DNA of 64,000 bases from Longimicrobiales bacterium (GTDB taxonomy: Bacteria; Gemmatimonadota; Gemmatimonadetes; Longimicrobiales; Gaopeijiaceae), in contig CAXXKM010000001.1 in assembly GCA_963664435.2 (NCBI GenBank), positions 768,001 to 832,000 on the forward strand, written 5' to 3'. Below the pieces are notes generated by a model. The model saw only the letters and a list, made by a program, of their open reading frames with translations, did no database searches and was not told the origin of the DNA. A program made the translations under genes and the position numbers. Below are positions 57,990 to 64,000 of this stretch, piece after piece; positions within the stretch are counted from its first letter, which is position 1, and each line of letters starts with the position of its first letter.

Positions 57990-59492
57990 TCATTCCGCCG
58001 TTGCTTTTCCGTCCCCGTACACGAAGCGCTCCACCTCGCCGTGCACGCGCTCGACCGTGTCGGCCGAGGGTCCTGCGGTGACGCGCGATACGGCGAGGGC
58101 CACCGCGAAGTTCGCCGCGAGCCCCCAGAGCCCGCCGTGGACGCCCATCGGGTTCGGATTGAGCAGGAGGGACCACCACAGGGTGGCCACGCCGGCGGCC
58201 AGTCCGGCCAGCACGCCGGCCTTGCTGAGCGAGCGGCCGCCCGGGAAGCACACCCCGATGATGGCGGGCAGCAGCTGCAGGGCGCCCGAGCCCGACAGGT
58301 TGATGATGCTCACCAGCAGGGCGCTCTCCTGCAGCGCCAGCCAATAGGCCAACCCCAGCAGCGCCAGCACGATGCCCTGGCCGACGCGCACGTAGTGCCT
58401 CTGGCTCGCGTCGCGAACGAGGTAGCGCTGGTATACGTCGCGCGTGAGCACCGTCATGTTGGCGTGCAGGATGGAGTCGAGGGTGGACATGGCGGCGGCC
58501 GCGGCGCCGGCCAGGATCAGGCCGGTGAGCCATGGGGGCGCGAAGGAGAAGAGCAGCTCAGGGAAGATGCGGTCCGCCTGGGCGAGGTCGGGCAGGACCA
58601 GCGCGCCTCCGAGACCGACCAGCGCGGCCGGGATATACAGCGTCATCAGGTAGATGGGCGTAGTAGCCCCCAGCAGCTTGAGCGTCCTGCCGTCCACCGC
58701 CGTGTAGTAGCGGATCATCATGTGGGGCTGCAGGACGATGCCGAAGGACAGCGTGATGACCATCCCCACCCAGATTCCGGGCGTGAAGAGGCCTTCGGGG
58801 CCGGGCAGCGTGAGCAGGTCGGGGCGTTCGCTCGCGACCGCTCGCCACAACTCGAGCGGACCCCCGAACAACTCGAAGGAGAGGACGAGCGCGCCCGCCC
58901 ACACCGCCACGTACATCCAGACGCCCTGCATGACGTCGGTCCAGTAGACGGCCCGCAGCCCGCCGATCGCCAGGTGCACCGCCGCCACGGCCAACATCAC
59001 GAACACGCCCACTTCGAACGAAATGCGCCCGTCGGAGGCAACTTCCACGATGTAGCCCAGCGCGAGGGCCTGCACCTGGATGTAGAGGATGGTGAAGAGT
59101 ACCGAGAACAACGCGATCGCCACCCGCACCGCCTCGGATTCGTAGAAGTCGGCCAGCATGTCCGCCGGGGTGATGTAGCCGAACGTCTTGCCCAGCGCCC
59201 AGATGCGGGTGCCGACGACATAGGTGATGGCCCCGACCAGCACCGTCCACGCCCCGGCGGCCCAGAACCCGATGCCGTGGGTGTAGAAGAACCCGCCCGA
59301 CCCCAGGAAGGCGAAGGCCGAGTGGAAGGTGGCCACCACCGTGAGGTAGAGGACAACGAAGCCGGTGCCCCGCCCGCACAGCAGGAAGTCCTCCAAGTTC
59401 ACCGACATGTGCCGGTTGGCCACCACCGCCACCCCGAGCGTCACCAGCAGATAGATGAAGATCAGGCTGGTGGCGACGACCCAGGTTTCCAT
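57990..59492 (-). CDS. Sodium:solute symporter family protein
   Basis: TFHSAFAFLG, GGLRAVYWTDVMQG and AAAMSTLDS; multi-TM. Confidence 0.92.
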   Translation of the reverse strand: METWVVATSLIFIYLLVTLGVAVVANRHMSVNLEDFLLCGRGTGFVVLYLTVVATFHSAFAFLGSGGFFYTHGIGFWAAGAWTVLVGAITYVVGTRIWALGKTFGYITPADMLADFYESEAVRVAIALFSVLFTILYIQVQALALGYIVEVASDGRISFEVGVFVMLAVAAVHLAIGGLRAVYWTDVMQGVWMYVAVWAGALVLSFELFGGPLELWRAVASERPDLLTLPGPEGLFTPGIWVGMVITLSFGIVLQPHMMIRYYTAVDGRTLKLLGATTPIYLMTLYIPAALVGLGGALVLPDLAQADRIFPELLFSFAPPWLTGLILAGAAAAAMSTLDSILHANMTVLTRDVYQRYLVRDASQRHYVRVGQGIVLALLGLAYWLALQESALLVSIINLSGSGALQLLPAIIGVCFPGGRSLSKAGVLAGLAAGVATLWWSLLLNPNPMGVHGGLWGLAANFAVALAVSRVTAGPSADTVERVHGEVERFVYGDGKATAE

Positions 59493-59569
59493 CAGCGGGT
59501 GACTCCGGCGCGACCACGCGACCGCGCAGGACGGCTACGGGCTCGGCCCTGATCTGCGGAGCGGGTCAC

Positions 59570-59803
59570 CTATAGCCCCCGCCGATAGGCCCAGATCAGC
59601 ACGCCGATGAGCACCGTGTAGACCACGAAGAGGGCGACGTAGAAGAACGGGAGCCCGAGGAAGGTCGGCTCGATCCGGTTCAGCACCCTGTGCGTCACCG
59701 GCGGCATCGCCAGCATGAAGAGCGCGACGAACGCGACGATGGCGATGCGCCCGTTGCGGGTGCGCGGCCGGAAATGGCTGCGGGGAGTGTCGGGCCTGGA
59801 CAT
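59570..59803 (-). CDS. Small two-TM symporter accessory protein (DUF3311-like)
   Basis: NRIEPTFLGLPFFY between two TM segments; directly upstream of the symporter. Confidence 0.75.
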   Translation of the reverse strand: MSRPDTPRSHFRPRTRNGRIAIVAFVALFMLAMPPVTHRVLNRIEPTFLGLPFFYVALFVVYTVLIGVLIWAYRRGL

Positions 59804-59856
59804 GGCGGGCAAGATGCCCGCGAAGAGGGCGGCGGGCAAGCACGCCCGCCCGCCCC

Positions 59857-61032
59857 TCAGTTCAGCAGCATCGGCTGACCCAGCAGCCTGCCCGGGTCGG
59901 CTCCCGGCCTGGGAACGAACTTCTGCACGTGCCCGCCGTTGTAGGAGGCTACGTAGAGGTTGCCCTCCTGGTCGACGGCCGCCTGGTGGGGCAGCACCAG
60001 CCCGCCCGCCCACGGCGGCCGGCCGATCGCTCCCGCCTCGCCGTACGCCCCCCAGGTGTCCTGCAGCCGCCCGTCGCGGTCGTACCTGAGCAGCCGGTTG
60101 AGGGTCGCGTCCAGCACCCAGACGGCGTGGCTCTCGTCAATGTAGATGTTCACCGGGTCGAAGATGTCGGGCCACTCCTCGATGAACTCCCCGTCCTCGG
60201 TAAACACCTGAATCCGGCTGTTGCGGCGATCCGCCACGTAGACGCGCCGGTCCGCGTCCACTGCGATGCTGTGCAGCAGGTTGAACTCCCCGGGTCCGTC
60301 CCCCGGCCTGCCCCACTCCATCAGGTACTCGCCCCCGGCGCTGAACTTCACGACCCGGGTCTTCCAGTAGCCGTCCGCCACGTAGAAGCTCCCGTCCGGC
60401 AGGAAGGCGATGTCGGCCTGGCGCCCGAACACGTACGGCTCATCGTTGGCCCGCGCTTCCTCCATGGTCTCGGGATAGTTCGCGCGCCCGATCTCCATCA
60501 CCAGCTCGCTGCCGTCGTTGGTGAACTTGTAGATCTGCATGCGGCGGTTGTCGATGACCCAGACGTGCCGCTCGGGATCGTAGGGGCTGATGTAGACCGT
60601 GTGCGGCTCGCGCATGATCGAGTCCCACTGGCTCCAGTTCTCGATGATGTTGCCGTTGCGGTCGACCACCACGATGAAGTTGCCCGGGCGCGCCTGCTCC
60701 GCCCAGGGCCGGTCGTCGTCGAAGTCCACCGGCAGGTCGCCCCGGGTCACCACGATGATGCGGTCGGGGTTGTCCACGGCCACGCCTGCGACACGCCCCC
60801 AGGTCCACTCCTCGTCGTGGCTGGCCGCGGCCTTCCACCACCCCTCCACCACCTGGTAGTGACCGGTGCGGTCGTCGCCCCCCTTCGGGCCGCCGGCCTC
60901 CGCGGTTGCGGACGATGCCTCCGGGGCGGGGCCGCAGCCCGCGAAAACCGCCAGCAGCGCGACCGCTGTCCACCGGCGCCGCAATGCCCGCGACCGTCCA
61001 TCGCCCGACGTCTGAAGTGAACCCATCCTCAT
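59857..61032 (-). CDS. NHL-repeat (PAL-like) beta-propeller lipoprotein
   Basis: Lipobox FAGC; FYVADGYWKTRVVKF and PGEFNLLHSIAVD..VYVADRRNSRIQVF. Confidence 0.85.
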   Translation of the reverse strand: MRMGSLQTSGDGRSRALRRRWTAVALLAVFAGCGPAPEASSATAEAGGPKGGDDRTGHYQVVEGWWKAAASHDEEWTWGRVAGVAVDNPDRIIVVTRGDLPVDFDDDRPWAEQARPGNFIVVVDRNGNIIENWSQWDSIMREPHTVYISPYDPERHVWVIDNRRMQIYKFTNDGSELVMEIGRANYPETMEEARANDEPYVFGRQADIAFLPDGSFYVADGYWKTRVVKFSAGGEYLMEWGRPGDGPGEFNLLHSIAVDADRRVYVADRRNSRIQVFTEDGEFIEEWPDIFDPVNIYIDESHAVWVLDATLNRLLRYDRDGRLQDTWGAYGEAGAIGRPPWAGGLVLPHQAAVDQEGNLYVASYNGGHVQKFVPRPGADPGRLLGQPMLLN

Positions 61033-61195
61033 GACTCCCTCCTCGGACCGTAATCCTGCCCGGCCAGCCGGATATGGTTGTATGGCTCGGCGATATCGCA
61101 ATATGGCTCCTTGCCGTCTCGGCGCGGCCCGGAAACGAACCGACCCCGGAGCCGGCAAGCCCCGGGGTCGGCGCATCTGAACCGTCCGGCCGTCG

Positions 61196-62674
61196 CTAGA
61201 AGTTGACGGGCCGCGTCGCCGGATCACAGAGCGTGCCCCGATCGGCGATGGTCACGTTCTCGTTCAGGTGGAACTCGTTCTCGGGCATGAGGAAGCGGAC
61301 CCCGCCCTGCAGCTGATGGCCGCCGCGCAGCGTCGCGCCCACGTCCCTCGGGAACCAGAGCAGATCCGGATTCTGGAGCTTGGTCATGAAGTAGCGGGCC
61401 TCCAGGAACAGTGCCCGGCGCCGTTCCTCGATGATCATGTAGCGGATCTCCTCGGCGTCCCCCGGATTCGCGTAGGTCACCAGCGGAAGCCCGTCGGCAG
61501 TCCGGAGTTCGTTGACCAGGTCGATCGCCCTCTGGCCGCCCTCGACCTCGGCGCGAATCAGGACCATCTCCTTCCAGTTGATAAGGGGGATGTCCGCGCC
61601 TTCCTCGTCGTACTTCGCGTTGACGAAGGACTCCACCCCGACGCCCTGGATCTCCGCCTCCATGTGCTGTACCCGCGTGTCGGGTACCGCGCCATCCTCG
61701 TCCATCATGCGGTGTGCGCCCGCCGTCCGGATCGGAATGCCGTCGTCCCGGATCGCCCGCCCGTCCGGCAGGATCCCGAGGTTGAGATAACCGGTGAAGG
61801 GGATCACATCGGGCCAGGGCTGGCCGGTCACCGGGTTGGCCGGGCCCTCCCACCAGTCGATCACGTCGTACAGCTCGCCGTAGTGAATGAAGGTGCCCGC
61901 GTAGAAGGGCTTGTTGCGCCGCACCGGGTCTCCTCCGTCCCGGGTGACGTACGCGGCGAATCCCTGCGGCACCTGCTGCGCGTCGGCCAGCGCGCCCGAG
62001 CCGTCGCCGGCCATCCAGCGCACCTGCGCCCGCAGCCCGTAGGCCATCGCCTGGGCGCTCGAGGCGATTCCGAAGGGCATCTCGAAGTCCCCCGAGCTGC
62101 CGATCTCGCCGAGCGCCCGCGTGAGACGATCCTCGGCCATGCCCAGCGTTTCCGCGGGCGTCATCAGCGAACCGCCGTCGACCGCCAGCTCGCACATCGT
62201 GGAGCCCATCAGGCTGAATACGGCCCCCTCGTAGAGGGAAGCGATCGCCAGATACCGGGCGCGGTTGGAGACCTGATCGGCGGTCCACTCGTTCTCGAGC
62301 TTGTCGTGCAGCCCGGCGGCGAAGCTGCGCGCGGTCATGAAGTCGAGGAATCCGAATTCGTAGTTGTACTGGAAGTGTCCGCAGTCGGTCCCGCCGCTGC
62401 AGAGATAGACTTCACCGCCGTCTTCGCGGCCGTGAATCTCCCATACGTAGTCGTTGTAGGTGTTCTGGAAGTGGGTAATGATGGTGTTGACCTGCGTTTG
62501 GGCGCCCGCCGGGTCGATAAGCGCCTCGTCGGTCAGCTGGGCGGGCAGATCGACCTCCAGCACGTCGCTGCAGGCGCCGAGAACCGTGAGGCAGGAACCG
62601 GCTACCAGGACGGCGAGCGTTCGCCGCATCCAATGCGCGGTGCGCGCGAAATCAAAGAAGTTCTTCATATTCAT
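61196..62674 (-). CDS. RagB/SusD-family lipoprotein
   Basis: Lipobox LGAC; EMVLIRAE, LVNELR and EERRRALFLE; downstream of the SusC-like gene. Confidence 0.85.
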   Translation of the reverse strand: MNMKNFFDFARTAHWMRRTLAVLVAGSCLTVLGACSDVLEVDLPAQLTDEALIDPAGAQTQVNTIITHFQNTYNDYVWEIHGREDGGEVYLCSGGTDCGHFQYNYEFGFLDFMTARSFAAGLHDKLENEWTADQVSNRARYLAIASLYEGAVFSLMGSTMCELAVDGGSLMTPAETLGMAEDRLTRALGEIGSSGDFEMPFGIASSAQAMAYGLRAQVRWMAGDGSGALADAQQVPQGFAAYVTRDGGDPVRRNKPFYAGTFIHYGELYDVIDWWEGPANPVTGQPWPDVIPFTGYLNLGILPDGRAIRDDGIPIRTAGAHRMMDEDGAVPDTRVQHMEAEIQGVGVESFVNAKYDEEGADIPLINWKEMVLIRAEVEGGQRAIDLVNELRTADGLPLVTYANPGDAEEIRYMIIEERRRALFLEARYFMTKLQNPDLLWFPRDVGATLRGGHQLQGGVRFLMPENEFHLNENVTIADRGTLCDPATRPVNF

Positions 62675-62708
62675 CTGTCCTCCGACAGTATTCGTTCCCG
62701 GAAACAAC

Positions 62709-64000
62709 TCAGAAGGTGACCCGCAGCTCGAGGTGCATGCTGGTGAGCGGTGCCATGAGCCGGTGGTTGGCGCTCCCGAAATCGGATGTGCCCATCTCGG
62801 GATCCAGTACCGGAAGACCGGGATTCCCCGCCTGCGTGCCGAGGAAGTTCCCCACCTCCTTCTGCCGCTGCCAGATGGTCAGCAGCTCGCGGCCCGAGAA
62901 GGACATGGACGCCCGGTCCGCCCCGATTCGATTCGCCATCGCCTCGGTGAAGTTGTAGCGGACTCCGACCTCGCGCAGCTTCCAGAAGTCGGCGTCGAAG
63001 TACCCCCAGGTCGCCTGGGAACGATAGCGGTCGCCCGCGACCCAGACCGGGTCGCACTCGCAGCGGGAGTCGTAGCTGTTGTTGTAGCGGTGCCCCCACT
63101 CCTGGGCCCCGTCCAGCCCGACCTTGCCGTAGCCGCCATCCGCCAGGATGTGGATGGAGACGGCGTTGTCGAGAAGACTGATGCTGGGGTTGACGGAGAA
63201 CCTGTATGGGAAGAAGGCCGGCCCCGCCATGATGTTGTATCCGGCGTCGCCACAGGGAACGACGGGACCGCCAAGGACTACGCCATACTGGTCGGTGGGC
63301 CCGGTGCCGGAGGGAACGGTGGCCGGAGTGCCGTCGGGACCCACGATCACACCCGCGTCGCACATGGCGCTCACGTTCTCGCCGTACGCGTTGCGGACAG
63401 GACCGTTGGGGTCGAACTGGGCCGACATCACGTAGTACCGGGGTTCGGAGTAGTTCGGGTACGGCAGCCCGATCCGGATCTCGCGCGTGCCCGCGAAGCT
63501 CCCCAGGTCCTTGATCCGGTTCATGACGTAGGATCCGGTGAGGCCCAGGTTGATGGAGAGGCCGGGTCGCTCGTAGAGCCGGGTGTTGACCGAAGCCTCC
63601 CACCCCCAGTTGTCGATGCGGCCCAGGTTGCGCTGGGTGAATCCGCCGAAGCCGAGGCTGGGCGGCAGCGGCACGGCCAGGAGCGCGTCCTCGTTCTTCT
63701 GGTCGAAGTAGGTGAACTCGGCCGAGACGCGGTCGTCCAGCAGCGCGACGTCGAACCCGACTTCGAGCTCGGTGCTGCGCTCGGGACCCACCGCGGGGTT
63801 GCCCGGGTTGCTCGGATCGAGCGCCGTCGTCCCGCCGGCCCCGGGGATGACGCTGTACTGGTTGGTGCCGGCAAAGGCGTCCGGCTGCCGGCCCGCCTGG
63901 CCCCACGCTCCGCGCAGGCGGAACGAGTTGATCATGTCGAAGTTCCAGAAACTCTCCTCGGAAATGACCCAGGTGGACGAGACCTTGGGATAGGTCTCCG
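62709..64000 (-). CDS. SusC/RagA-type TonB-dependent receptor, 5'-truncated by window edge
   Basis: FRLRGAWGQAG.QP, GNPAVGPERSTELEVGFD, NLGRIDNWGWE, FWKLREV and terminal RVTF. Confidence 0.9.
   Translation of the reverse strand, partial: ETYPKVSSTWVISEESFWNFDMINSFRLRGAWGQAGRQPDAFAGTNQYSVIPGAGGTTALDPSNPGNPAVGPERSTELEVGFDVALLDDRVSAEFTYFDQKNEDALLAVPLPPSLGFGGFTQRNLGRIDNWGWEASVNTRLYERPGLSINLGLTGSYVMNRIKDLGSFAGTREIRIGLPYPNYSEPRYYVMSAQFDPNGPVRNAYGENVSAMCDAGVIVGPDGTPATVPSGTGPTDQYGVVLGGPVVPCGDAGYNIMAGPAFFPYRFSVNPSISLLDNAVSIHILADGGYGKVGLDGAQEWGHRYNNSYDSRCECDPVWVAGDRYRSQATWGYFDADFWKLREVGVRYNFTEAMANRIGADRASMSFSGRELLTIWQRQKEVGNFLGTQAGNPGLPVLDPEMGTSDFGSANHRLMAPLTSMHLELRVTF

Overview
A 64-kb window of high-GC bacterial chromosome. 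SusC/SusD-type, DUF5916 and PIG-L genes suggest Gemmatimonadota; this is an inference. In order it contains: a carbohydrate-use locus (NHL propeller, PIG-L deacetylase, solute symporter, GH4); an ECF sigma/anti-sigma/TonB receptor/beta-barrel module; an FAD/Fe-S oxidase divergent from a class V aminotransferase; a TRAP operon apparently split by about 10.6 kb of other genes (vapBC-like pair, atypical murB, second TRAP set, PQQ dehydrogenase, SulP, degenerate AbiEii, ICMT-like gene); two MBL-fold genes; an ABC ATPase with four DUF3526-type permeases; CopA, a sulfurtransferase, PLD and an Nramp-like transporter; a GltD-like/korAB operon; a lower-GC islet; and a SusC/SusD/NHL/symporter locus. Three observations stand out. 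(1) higA and higB are back-to-back, 27 bp apart, flanked by two inward-facing near-consensus sigma70 promoters, so each mRNA would carry the antisense of the partner gene. (2) A signal-CxxC-RAPP leader peptide precedes the ABC/DUF3526 operon, and the mRNA just after its RAPP codons can pair with the next gene's start region. (3) A 37-bp ECF-type promoter motif is shared by the sigma gene and a beta-barrel gene. Three genes are frameshifted, which could be sequencing error. No rRNA, tRNA, CRISPR array, integrase or transposase was seen. All family calls come from motif recognition by eye, not database searches.
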